A DNA stretch of 63,984 nt, filler included, from a bacterium (lineage in GTDB: Bacteria; UBA9089; CG2-30-40-21; SBAY01): NCBI GenBank assembly GCA_040757115.1. It is 14 parts of 14 records of this genome, joined end to end, with 100 filler letters (N's around TTAATTAATTAA, not from the genome) between each part and the next. Parts side by side here need not be neighbours in the genome. Positions count along the whole stretch, not along the records: positions 9,678 to 14,363 come from JBFLYA010000282.1; positions 14,464 to 19,148 come from JBFLYA010000283.1; 12 more parts are not named here. One strand, written 5' to 3'. Positions 9,678 through 18,332 of the stretch are shown here, piece by piece; position 1 is the stretch's first letter, and each line of letters starts with the position of its first letter. The notes beneath the pieces are model-generated. The model was not told the DNA's origin, did no database searches, and was given only the letters and a program-made list of their open reading frames with translations. Position numbers and translations under genes: made by a program.

Positions 9678-9798
9678 AAGTTCAGGTGCGGCGGGGAGGA
9701 TTACCACAAAAGTTTGATAGCAAGATAAAACTTTGAGAGACCACAAAACTCTGACCACCGCACAGTCCCCCGCCGTCAACTGCAACGCAGGGTTAGAC
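9678..9798 (-). repeat. attC site (cut by contig edge)
   Basis: Minus strand GTCTAACCCTGCGTTGCAGTTGACGGCGG...CCGCCGCACCTGAACTT; near-identical to 12850, 14129, 14562. Confidence 0.85.
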
Positions 9799-9887
9799 AA
9801 AAGCCCTGATTCGCTGTCTTTTCCTTTTCCTCTGCCTCACCGAATTATTCATTCACGGTTGACCCTAAAATATCCTTTTTTCTTAAT

Positions 9888-10676
9888 TCACAATTCAAGA
9901 TGTGACCCCTGACCCTCTGACCCTGCTCTGCCCCCTGACCCTGCTTCTAAATCATCATGTGAACATTTAGACAATCTTTTTTCTAATCTTTCAATTACTT
10001 CTGGCTCTTGTTTTCCAATTATTTGTAATATCGATTCTTGAATCGAAATTGCTACATTTACTTCACCAAGGGCTTTTTGCAATTTTTTTATTCTTTTGTC
10101 TCTCCACCAATAAGATGGACCGCCATCGTCATTCATATATTTGCTCTGTAATTCTGAAACACCATATAATCTATTAGGCAAATCGGATACCTTTACTAGT
10201 TGAAGTTGGCAAATAGGAATATATGGAAATATTTTTATAGGATTATTACCAAAATTTATTAACTGCAATGGCATATGTCCACGGTATCCAGGATTTATAA
10301 AATCGCCAGTTAAGTGTATCATTATTCCAAGTCTTGCAAAACTACTCCGTCCTGAAATTTTGCCAGCACATTCATTTGGAATTGTGAATTCTTCATAAAT
10401 CCTTCCAAGAAGTAATTTCCCAGGTTTTAATGTTATATGTTCTCCTTTATTAAGAATTACTTTTTTATAATATCTTCTCGGCTCGATTTCCAAAAGTTTA
10501 GTTTTACGTAAGTCAATGGTGAATCTTTTGCGTGGAATCCAAAAAATATTGTCAAGTCTTAAATCAACAGAACATGGTTGTATCTGATCATCTGGAACGA
10601 AAGGATTTTCGGAATTATTTGCAACAAAATTTATCTCAGGTAATTTTTTATAAATATCTTTATCACAAAGATACAT
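9888..10676 (-). CDS. dcd: dCTP deaminase (trimeric dUTPase-fold Dcd family) with C-terminal extension; last ~20 aa come from repeat DNA
   Basis: QIQPCSVDLRL, GRSSFARLG, INPGYRG, ICQL motifs; inside an attC-bounded cassette. Confidence 0.85.
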   Translation of the reverse strand: MYLCDKDIYKKLPEINFVANNSENPFVPDDQIQPCSVDLRLDNIFWIPRKRFTIDLRKTKLLEIEPRRYYKKVILNKGEHITLKPGKLLLGRIYEEFTIPNECAGKISGRSSFARLGIMIHLTGDFINPGYRGHMPLQLINFGNNPIKIFPYIPICQLQLVKVSDLPNRLYGVSELQSKYMNDDGGPSYWWRDKRIKKLQKALGEVNVAISIQESILQIIGKQEPEVIERLEKRLSKCSHDDLEAGSGGRAGSEGQGSHLEL

Positions 10677-10685
10677 ATCATTTTC

Positions 10686-10889
10686 CTATTTTATAAACCA
10701 ACTTTTTATATTCTTTAACGCGAATGATCTTTCAGCATTTTTATCTATATCAAATGCATCAAGTAGCCATTGATTTTCTGGATGCCAATCTGTTTTCCCG
10801 AACCAAATTTTATTAGGTATAATTTTTCTTATTGCTGTTTCGCCACGGTAATTTGTATAAAGAATACTTACGATTTTTTCGGTATCCAT
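10686..10889 (-). CDS. Stand-alone WYL-domain protein (67 aa)
   Basis: ILYTNYRGE..RKIIP...QWLLDAFDIDKNAERSFALKNI; ATG at 10889 after an AAGGA RBS; 9 bp upstream of dcd. Confidence 0.75.
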   Translation of the reverse strand: MDTEKIVSILYTNYRGETAIRKIIPNKIWFGKTDWHPENQWLLDAFDIDKNAERSFALKNIKSWFIK

Positions 10890-10924
10890 TATCCATTCCT
10901 TTTTTAAACGATTGTCTCTATACT

Positions 10925-11053
10925 TGCTAACGATGAGTTCAGCGGCGGGGAGAATCGCCACCAAACTTTGTAAGCACGATTACCTATTGAGATACTATAA
11001 AACTTTCAATCACGGCACAGCCCCCCGCCGTCCGCTGCAACGATTTGTTAGAC
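10925..11053 (-). repeat. attC site
   Basis: Minus strand GTCTAACAAATCGTTGCAGCGGAC...CCGCTGAACTCATCGTTAGCA; the upstream ORF stop lies inside GTCTAAC. Confidence 0.92.
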
Positions 11054-11827
11054 GCAACGTTCGTTGCTCCATGCCTGTTTCCAAACCTGAAAGTTATAAT
11101 CAGTATGCATCGAGGTTAAAGCCGCTATCATCCCTTCAATCATGTTTTCCAGACTAGATATGACCTCTCCACCAACCAAGACACTTATAATTGTTCCGCC
11201 AGTACCAGCACCATGTGGCTCTAATTCAAGACGATACCATTCCGCAAACTCTTTAGCCTTATTTTCAAAATATTCCCTTGGATCTCTCCCGTTAAAATGT
11301 TTAGGTGGATATACCTTGGCTATATCAACAAGTATCTCTATCAATTCTTCAATAACTATACTGTTCCCCTCTTTCATATCTGAAGTTATGCCAGAATCCC
11401 ATTTAGGCTGAGCCTTTCTATAAGCCGCTTTTCTTCTCTTTGGCAAGGACACAAATAAATCATTAGATATTGTTCCATATTTAATAGAGTTTAAATAATC
11501 ATTATTGCTTTTATCCACATAACAGCTTATGTCCTCTGGCCCCTCGTTTATATCTCGCCTATTTTTTACTCGACGAATCCAATCGTCCCTATACAATATT
11601 ACTTGCCTGGGTTCTAACTTTCTATCAAACCCTCCCTTTATTTGCGTATCACGGTGGCAGTCAAAACATAATACAGCTAAATTACTGATATCAGAGTTGC
11701 TTGAATTTTCATCGATATGATGAATTTGAACCGGCTTTCCACGTAAACGACATATGCAACACATTCGATCTGATTCGAAAAGAACTTTCGCCGCAACTTC
11801 GTCAGGTATCCTTGTTCTATTCTTCAT
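11048..11827 (-). CDS. HNH endonuclease-domain cassette protein with an unknown helical C-terminal domain
   Basis: CCIC...QIHHID...N...NLAVLCFDCH; cassette bounded by complementary GTTAGAC / GTCTAAC. Confidence 0.8.
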   Translation of the reverse strand: MKNRTRIPDEVAAKVLFESDRMCCICRLRGKPVQIHHIDENSSNSDISNLAVLCFDCHRDTQIKGGFDRKLEPRQVILYRDDWIRRVKNRRDINEGPEDISCYVDKSNNDYLNSIKYGTISNDLFVSLPKRRKAAYRKAQPKWDSGITSDMKEGNSIVIEELIEILVDIAKVYPPKHFNGRDPREYFENKAKEFAEWYRLELEPHGAGTGGTIISVLVGGEVISSLENMIEGMIAALTSMHTDYNFQVWKQAWSNERCV

Positions 11828-11858
11828 TTTCGCAATTTCCTTTTTGTTGTGAGCGTGC

Positions 11859-11990
11859 GTCTAACGATTGAGTTCAGCGGCGGCGGGGAGAATTACCCCT
11901 AAACTTTGTAAGCAAGATAAAACTTTGATAACCCACAAACTTTTGAAAAGCAGTTAGCCCCCCGCCGTCCGCTGCAACGACTTGTTAGAT
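11859..11990 (-). repeat. attC site
   Basis: Minus strand ATCTAACAAGTCGTTGCAGCGGAC...CCGCTGAACTCAATCGTTAGAC. Confidence 0.92.
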
Positions 11991-12021
11991 GGTTTTTTAT
12001 AAGTGTTGCCTGTTTGGAGAA

Positions 12022-12399
12022 TTAGAACTCTACAAACTCTTCTGGATAGTGAGAAAGATCCAGTTTTTCTTCATCGGGAATAGGACGAATTCCCCACTGT
12101 TGCATAGCCAAGGCTCCAAAAAGCACCTCAATGGACTTGCCATCTTCATCATCGCCAATCTGGTCAATGACCATCGCGTGAGTGGAGATTAGGTGTCCTT
12201 CTACTTCTGCCTGAAGAAGTGCTGTTCTGTTGGTTTCTTTCACTTCTCCACCTAGTGCACTTCGGATCGGGTGAGGCATTTCCGAAGTGGTAAGGACCGA
12301 TGCAACCGTGGGGATTACATAAGTATTGCGAGCCCCCGTGTCGAACAACGTCCAACACTTCCGTCCGTCAATTTTAATCATCTGCCGTATTCTTCCCAC
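12022..12399 (-). CDS. Retropepsin-like (clan AA) aspartic protease cassette
   Basis: TLFDTGA catalytic motif, VLFGALAMQ; GGAGG RBS before GTG. Confidence 0.8.
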   Translation of the reverse strand: MGRIRQMIKIDGRKCWTLFDTGARNTYVIPTVASVLTTSEMPHPIRSALGGEVKETNRTALLQAEVEGHLISTHAMVIDQIGDDEDGKSIEVLFGALAMQQWGIRPIPDEEKLDLSHYPEEFVEF

Positions 12400-12456
12400 A
12401 ATGTACCTCCTTTTGTTTCCATTTTGCTATAAAACACTCTGTTAATTTTTACTGCC

Positions 12457-12588
12457 ACCTAACGATAAAGCTCACCTGCTGCGGGGAGGACTACCACTAA
12501 AGTTTATAAGCAAAATAAAAGCTTCAGATACCACAAAACTCTAACTACGGTACAGCCCCCCGCAGTCAGGTGCAGCGCCGGGTTAGGC
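12457..12588 (-). repeat. attC site
   Basis: Minus strand GCCTAACCCGGCGCTGCACCTGAC...GCAGGTGAGCTTTATCGTTAGGT. Confidence 0.92.
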
Positions 12589-12849
12589 AATATCCCCTAG
12601 ACTCAAGGTCTCCTCTGCTTGATTAGATTTTGCTCTCCTCTGTAGTTTCTATCTACGGTTGTAGTATGTCTCTCGTCATTCGTTTTGGTTGTGCTTCTCG
12701 GTCCCTCAACCACATACCCTGCTTCTCTGTAGATGCTGACCGCTATCTGATTTTCTCTGGTTCGTCTCTGCGGGAATGCTGTGAGAAACCTTCATCCTGT
12801 TTGCCGCACCAGTGGTAATTGTATCATAATTTATGCGATGGATTCAAGT
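12589..12849 (-). other. ORF-less gene cassette with a candidate promoter
   Basis: Bounded by GTTAGGC / GCCTAAC; no credible ORF; TTGAAT-18 bp-TACAAT with extended TG near its 5' end. Confidence 0.6.
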
Positions 12850-12981
12850 GCCTAACGATAAAGTTCAGGTGCGGCGGGGAGAATTACCACAAAAGTTTGA
12901 TAGCAAGATAAAACTTTGAGAGACCACAAAACTCTGACCACGGCACAGTCCCCCGCCGTCAACTGCAACGCAGGGTTAGAC
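12850..12981 (-). repeat. attC site
   Basis: Minus strand GTCTAACCCTGCGTTGCAGTTGAC...GCACCTGAACTTTATCGTTAGGC. Confidence 0.92.
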
Positions 12982-13167
12982 AAAAGCTCTGATTCGCTGT
13001 CTTTTCCTTTTCCTCTGCCTCACCGAATTATTGTGCATTCCACATTCACGGTTGACCCTAAAATATCTCCTTTTTATTTTCTCACACAAAGCCACAAAGA
13101 ACACAAAGGTTTATTGTTTTATTCAATTCCTTTGTGACTTTGTGTCTCTGTGTGATTATTTTTATTA
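12982..13167 (-). other. ORF-less cassette built from repeat remnants (multi-copy 3' part)
   Basis: Bounded by GTTAGAC / GTCTAAC; holds an empty cacaaag/ctttgtg inverted pair and a half family G REP; 3' part recurs at 9799, 14261, 14464. Confidence 0.7.
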
Positions 13168-13227
13168 GTCTAACGACCGAGCTCACCTGCCCACCTTAGG
13201 CGGATCAGGTGCAGCGATGGGTTAGGC
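13168..13227 (-). repeat. Short (60 bp) attC site
   Basis: Minus strand GCCTAACCCATCGCTGCACCTGATCCGCC...GGGCAGGTGAGCTCGGTCGTTAGAC; upstream ORF stop inside GCCTAAC. Confidence 0.9.
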
Positions 13228-14106
13228 TTTTTTAATTTCCTGTTCAAATTGCTTAAGCTTCTCACGACATTTTTTCAATGATAATCTACGCAGTTTCTTT
13301 ACCCTTTCCGCTAAGTATTCCAGTTCAGATTTGGTAATCTTGTATGATTTTTTGTATCTTGCATCAACATAGGCTTTTTTAAGGAGTTCAAACAATCTCT
13401 TTTCTTCACCTTCTTTTCTTGGAAAGATCTTACAGAAATCCTGGTCAATCTTCTCCATCCTCTTGGTCAGTTTCTCTAAATCATGGGTTCTGGGTTTGTA
13501 ACCAGTAAGGACAAGGGAAGTGCCCGTGTATAGGGCTTCAGCAGTCTGGTGGAGTTCAAAAGCGGCTTTGTTATAATTTTTATCTCCAATTGCATACCCA
13601 TAATGCTTAAAAGATACCTTTGCATTCTTAAACCAAGTCTTATAATCCTCCTCTGCCAGCTTCTTCTTCATTCCCGGAGTAAGCTTTCTTGCCCTGGCTA
13701 ATTGGAACCTCTTTGAGTCATAGAGTAAGATGCCCTCTTTTTTGATGTCAGCATAGAAGTATCTGCCAACCGAGAGTTGTTCATTGACATGCTCAATATC
13801 CTCAATGATTAAGCTTACCGGGGTAGGGATTTTACGGCTGATCTGATTCTCTACCTTTCCCCAGATCTTAAAATCCTCAGGCTTTTTCTCATCCTTTACA
13901 ATCACCATAATGTCAAAGTCAGACTCATAGCTGGTAAAGTGCCCTTCTTCTTTATCATAGCGAAAGTCAGAGTCAACAAAGTCTCCCCTGGCATAGCTAC
14001 CAAAGAGAATGATCATCTCTACCCTGGTGGCATGAGAGATAAGCTTGGTAATAGTCTCCAATTCCCTCTGTTTCCTGAAAGGAAGATGGTCTATGCTTGT
14101 TTTCAT
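13222..14106 (-). CDS. MNT nucleotidyltransferase-HEPN fusion cassette protein
   Basis: ILFGSYARG...SDFDI (MNT); AAFELHQTAE, RTHDL, AYVDARY (HEPN). Confidence 0.88.
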   Translation of the reverse strand: MKTSIDHLPFRKQRELETITKLISHATRVEMIILFGSYARGDFVDSDFRYDKEEGHFTSYESDFDIMVIVKDEKKPEDFKIWGKVENQISRKIPTPVSLIIEDIEHVNEQLSVGRYFYADIKKEGILLYDSKRFQLARARKLTPGMKKKLAEEDYKTWFKNAKVSFKHYGYAIGDKNYNKAAFELHQTAEALYTGTSLVLTGYKPRTHDLEKLTKRMEKIDQDFCKIFPRKEGEEKRLFELLKKAYVDARYKKSYKITKSELEYLAERVKKLRRLSLKKCREKLKQFEQEIKKA

Positions 14107-14128
14107 ATTAGTCCTCACTGATTCAGTT

Positions 14129-14260
14129 GTCTAACGATGAAGTTCAGGTGCGGCGGGGAGGATTGCCACAAAAGTTTGATAACAAGACAAAACTTTGATA
14201 AACCACAAAACTCTGACCACGGCACAGTCCCCCGCTGTCAACTGCAACGCAGGGTTAGAC
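14129..14260 (-). repeat. attC site
   Basis: Minus strand GTCTAACCCTGCG...CTGAACTTCATCGTTAGAC; near-identical to 12850-12981. Confidence 0.92.
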
Positions 14261-14561
14261 AAAAGCTTTGATTCGCTGTCTTTTCCTTTTTCTCTGCCTC
14301 ACCGAATTATTGTGCATTCCACATTCACGGTTTGACCCTAAAATATCTCCTAAAATATCTCCTNNNNNNNNNNNNNNNNNNNNNNNNNNNNNNNNNNNNN
14401 NNNNNNNTTAATTAATTAANNNNNNNNNNNNNNNNNNNNNNNNNNNNNNNNNNNNNNNNNNNNAAATAAAAAGGAGATATTTTAGGGTTAACCGTGAATG
14501 TGGAATGCACAATAATTCGGTGAGGCAGAGGAAAAGGAAAAGACAGCGAATCAAAGCTTTT

Positions 14562-14693
14562 GTCTAACCCTGCGTTGCAGTTGACGGCGGAGGACTGTGC
14601 CGTGGTCAGAGTTTTGTGGTCTCTTAAAGTTTTATCTTGCTATCAAACTTTTGTAGTAATTCTCCCCGCCGCACCTGAACTTTATTGTTAGAC
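14562..14693 (+). repeat. attC site
   Basis: GTCTAACCCTGCGTTGCAGTTGACGGCGG...CCGCCGCACCTGAACTTTATTGTTAGAC. Confidence 0.92.
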
Positions 14694-14711
14694 ATAAAAA
14701 GGAAAATAATC

Positions 14712-15467
14712 ATGAGTGAGATTACCTGGCAGGAAGCCATTGTGAAAGTGCTCATGGAAGCAGGTGGTGCACTTCATTATCAAGACATTACAGAACGTAT
14801 CCTATCTAAAAAGATTAAAAAATCGGTTGGGGCAACTCCACATTCTACGGTAGCTGCAAAAATTACTTCCTCAATTAAACATGATGGTATTCAATCCCCT
14901 TTTGTCAAAGTTGCAAAGGGCACATTCGCATTGCGGGAGCAAATTCAATCAACATCAGAAGAACAAAAAAATGATCAATTTGATGAAGTCCAGTATGAGG
15001 TTATCTCTTCTTTTGGAATGTTCTGGCGACGCGATTCGATTGAATGGAACGCGACACCCAAAATACTTGGCTTTCAGCAAATCGAAGCAAAGCCAGTGAA
15101 CTTCTATGAGCAATTGGGAATTTATCTCCTTTACGATAACAGAGAGGTCATTTATGTAGGTCGTGCAACAGAGCGTCCATTAGGGAAGCGTCTTTATGAA
15201 CATACAATAGATCGCTTATCGACGCGGTGGGATAGATTTTCATGGTTTGGTTTCCTCCCTGTTTCTGAGGAAGGAGTACTAAAACCTATGGCAGAATCAT
15301 ATCAAGCGATAAAGATAATCCCGGCACTTGAGGCGATTTTAGTTGAAGCACTGGAACCCAGACAAAACAGGAAACGTGGCGATGACCTTTCCGCAGTTGA
15401 ATATTTCCAGAAGGATGACCCTGAAATACAAAAGAAAAAAATGAAGCAGATGTTAGATAAATTGTGA
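14712..15467 (+). CDS. HARE-HTH (restriction-associated winged helix) + GIY-YIG nuclease-like protein
   Basis: TWQEAIVKVL..LHYQDITERI..GATP..FVKVAKGTFAL; GIYLLYD...IYVGRA...RLYEH. Confidence 0.8.
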   Translation: MSEITWQEAIVKVLMEAGGALHYQDITERILSKKIKKSVGATPHSTVAAKITSSIKHDGIQSPFVKVAKGTFALREQIQSTSEEQKNDQFDEVQYEVISSFGMFWRRDSIEWNATPKILGFQQIEAKPVNFYEQLGIYLLYDNREVIYVGRATERPLGKRLYEHTIDRLSTRWDRFSWFGFLPVSEEGVLKPMAESYQAIKIIPALEAILVEALEPRQNRKRGDDLSAVEYFQKDDPEIQKKKMKQMLDKL

Positions 15468-15490
15468 TGCCGAATTAGGAAGTCTATGTA

Positions 15491-17572
15491 ATGGATAAAA
15501 TTGGTCCTTTGTTTGAAGAAAAGCAAAATTATCTGGAAAAGATTAATAGTTACTTTTGTAACAATAGAATGGGGTATATTAAAGTACCAACCGGCTGGGG
15601 AAAAACATTCTTAGCCAAACATCTCATGAAACAATATGTTGAGAACAAAAAAAGGGTCTTGTTTTTGGTATCCAGGAACAACCAACTGTTGACGCAAACA
15701 TTCTATGGTGATGATGGATATCCCTTATTCCCTGAGAGTGTAGTTCTATCCTCTGAGCACGACAAAGTGGGCATAGACAAATTACAAAACCTAATTAAGA
15801 GAGGTGCCGGAGGTATCATTTTTGCTTCTCTTCAGACAATCATTAGCAAAAACAATGGGGAAATAAAAGATATCTTAAGCCAAAACAGTGACTTACTAAT
15901 TATAGATGAACTGCATAATTTTATAGATAATCGGGGTAATACTTTCATAACCGAGTTCGACAACAGAAATACCAAGATTTTTGGAATGACAGCAACACCT
16001 TTTCAAGGGGTTGTTGGCAATGTTAAATTTGTTGAAGATATTTCTATAGATATGCAGGAAATCTTTAGTAAAACCCTGCCCCAGTGTATAATGGAAGGGC
16101 AGTTGTGTGAATTAAATTATAGAATTATCCGCAGTGATGAGGATATTCTGAATCTGTTCGATTTTAAAGAAGGACTTTCGACACTGGACAAAGAGGATTT
16201 GTTTTTGGATTGTAGCACACTCGATAATATCCAGTTAGTTGCTCAAAGGACATATTTAGCCAAAAGGATATACGACGACAAAATCGAAAACAAACAGAGA
16301 AAGACTTTGATATTTTGTGCTCCAGTTCGCAATATCATCCACAGTTTTGGAGAAAATGAAAAGAAAATCAATGCGTTTCACGCTAAGTTGTCTGCGGCTA
16401 TATTCAATAATGAATTAAAGGAAGGTAAATTTGACCCTACCATTTCTTTTAGTAATTATACAAGCGATGGACAATTTAAGGAAGCGGTATATCTTTCTTC
16501 CGACCTACCGAAAAAAGAGCCGGACAAAATCCTCCAGGCATTTAAAATTATTGGTCAACCACCTTTTGTCTTATGCACTGTAGGGATGCTAATTGAAGGC
16601 TTTGATTTTCCAGAATTAGAAAACTTAATATTATTGAGACCAACACTGAGTATGAGGTTGTTTGAACAGCAGGTAGGAAGAATAACCAGAAAATCGCCTA
16701 ACAAAACTCGAGGGAATATCTTTGAAATTGTAGATAACATTGATTCTCTATACGATAAATTTGGAGAAAATGTATTTGAAGAGAAAAAACTGCAACGGCT
16801 TCAAATGTTGCAACCAGAATATCGAATTGAGGAATTATTTACTGAAGACTTTACAACCGAAGCTATACACACAGGGAAAATTGATATTTCTGAAATTAGT
16901 TTCATCAGAGGGATTGTCAACGAATTCCATGAGAATTCAGTTCAGATTCCTCCCCTTTCCTTAAGGGCAAAATATTTTTGTAAGGGATTAGCAATACTTG
17001 AACAAAAAACAGTGGGCTCACGCAAAGGTGAACTCAGGCATCCATATCTGAATCTTATGCGAATGGCTATACAATTTAAGGTTCATAATAATGATGAGGC
17101 AAGTGAGATATCAAAACTTATCGAATTGCTTGATAAATTGGAACAAGAATCTCAAGACGACCCTCGACTCAGTAATAACTGCAAGAAAAACAAACCCAAA
17201 GTCTTTAATGAAGTTAAATGGTTGTTAAAATTAACAGCCCTGACTTCCCTGAAATATACCAACATAGATTTAGAAGAGAAGAATAATATTCTGAATACGC
17301 TTCTCGGTTTTGAGGGAGATTATAACGAAATAGATAATTATAGGGTAGAATGTTTAAAAAATGGCGGTGGCAGAGTAAGTATAAGTCAATTATCAAAAGG
17401 ACTTAGAAACATGAACGAATTGGTAAGACTTTTCAGGGAAGCAAAGGATTGGTTTAGAATAGATGTTTATTGGGCATCTTGTTTTATTGAGGACGATTCT
17501 GAACTTAAGGAATTATTTCAATCTAGAGAATGGAATTATAAGGTAAGGGAATTCATTATTAAGCAAAGATAA
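15491..17572 (+). CDS. SF2 (ResIII-like) DExH helicase with unknown C-terminal domain
   Basis: PTGWGKT, IIDELH, GMTATP, MLIEGFDFP, QQVGRITR. Confidence 0.85.
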   Translation: MDKIGPLFEEKQNYLEKINSYFCNNRMGYIKVPTGWGKTFLAKHLMKQYVENKKRVLFLVSRNNQLLTQTFYGDDGYPLFPESVVLSSEHDKVGIDKLQNLIKRGAGGIIFASLQTIISKNNGEIKDILSQNSDLLIIDELHNFIDNRGNTFITEFDNRNTKIFGMTATPFQGVVGNVKFVEDISIDMQEIFSKTLPQCIMEGQLCELNYRIIRSDEDILNLFDFKEGLSTLDKEDLFLDCSTLDNIQLVAQRTYLAKRIYDDKIENKQRKTLIFCAPVRNIIHSFGENEKKINAFHAKLSAAIFNNELKEGKFDPTISFSNYTSDGQFKEAVYLSSDLPKKEPDKILQAFKIIGQPPFVLCTVGMLIEGFDFPELENLILLRPTLSMRLFEQQVGRITRKSPNKTRGNIFEIVDNIDSLYDKFGENVFEEKKLQRLQMLQPEYRIEELFTEDFTTEAIHTGKIDISEISFIRGIVNEFHENSVQIPPLSLRAKYFCKGLAILEQKTVGSRKGELRHPYLNLMRMAIQFKVHNNDEASEISKLIELLDKLEQESQDDPRLSNNCKKNKPKVFNEVKWLLKLTALTSLKYTNIDLEEKNNILNTLLGFEGDYNEIDNYRVECLKNGGGRVSISQLSKGLRNMNELVRLFREAKDWFRIDVYWASCFIEDDSELKELFQSREWNYKVREFIIKQR

Positions 17573-17624
17573 TCACAGATTTGGGGAATAGGAGCAAACC
17601 GTAAAAGTAGAAAGCAGAATTTAT

Positions 17625-17653
17625 TCGACAAAAGAGAAGTAGTATGGTATACT
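17625..17653 (+). promoter_or_regulatory. Candidate sigma70 promoter at the cassette 3' end, reading toward the TA cassette
   Basis: TCGACA-17 bp-TATACT with extended -10 TG. Confidence 0.5.
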
Positions 17654-17670
17654 ATAAATGTGGAGATTAT

Positions 17671-17727
17671 GTCTAACACAGTGATGCACATGATCCGCTT
17701 CCCTTGCAGGTGAATTTATCGTGGGGC
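17671..17727 (+). repeat. Degenerate short attC site (R' box GTGGGGC)
   Basis: GTCTAAC..TGCACATGATCCGC..GCAGGTGAATTTATCGTGGGGC aligns with the 60-bp attC; ATGTCTAAC complements the cassette start GTTAGACAT. Confidence 0.7.
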
Positions 17728-17777
17728 AGTGATATGTAGCGTTTGACCCGCCAAGAAAGAATGGAGGTTTATAACTT

Positions 17778-17975
17778 ATGAGTCTCAAAGAAATAGAAAT
17801 TGCCATTACTCAACTACAAGCCGTAGACTTGATTAAACTAACAGCATGGTTTGAGAATTACCACTCGCAGATGTGGGACAAGCAAATTGAGGAAGACTTA
17901 GAAGCAGGACATCTAGACGCACTGATTGCTGAAGTTGACAAAGAATATGAGATAGGATTATGTCAGCCACTATAA
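17778..17975 (+). CDS. Putative antitoxin
   Basis: Small acidic protein (WDKQIEEDLEAGHLD) overlapping a RelE-like gene; GGAGG RBS. Confidence 0.7.
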   Translation: MSLKEIEIAITQLQAVDLIKLTAWFENYHSQMWDKQIEEDLEAGHLDALIAEVDKEYEIGLCQPL

Positions 17976-18238
17976 AAAAACACATGTCCTTGCCTCGGTT
18001 CTGGCGGCATTACCGACAACTACCAGAAGAGGTGCAAGAATTAGCAGATAAGAACTTTGAACTCCTAAAAATCGATCCTCATCATCCATCGTTGCACTTC
18101 AAAAAGATCGGTAAGACAAGACATTTATGGTCAGTGCGAGTTGGGGCACATTATCGAGCGCTGGGCAGAGAAAAACCAGAGGGTATTGTATGGTTCTGGA
18201 TTGGCACGCATGATGAGTATGTTAATCTATTAGGGTAA
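17960..18238 (+). CDS. RelE/ParE-superfamily toxin
   Basis: RFWRHYRQLP, DPHHPSLHFKK, WSVRVGAHYRAL, WFWIGTHDEY. Confidence 0.8.
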   Translation: MSATIKKHMSLPRFWRHYRQLPEEVQELADKNFELLKIDPHHPSLHFKKIGKTRHLWSVRVGAHYRALGREKPEGIVWFWIGTHDEYVNLLG

Positions 18239-18332
18239 TTAATTAGAGGGGGTTAGGGTCAGACCGTGAATGTGGAATGCACAATAATTCGGTAAGCCAG
18301 AAGAAAAGAAAAATACGGCAAAGTGGAACTTT

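Noticed and set aside
9678-14693. Regularly recurring ~130-bp repeats as a CRISPR array
   Set aside because: Too long, separated by whole genes, and carry RYYTAAC/GTTRRRY ends typical of attC; no cas genes
14129-14693. Large inverted repeat or divergent array around 14364-14463
   Set aside because: The symmetry spans a linker; two contigs end in the same repeat with arbitrary orientation
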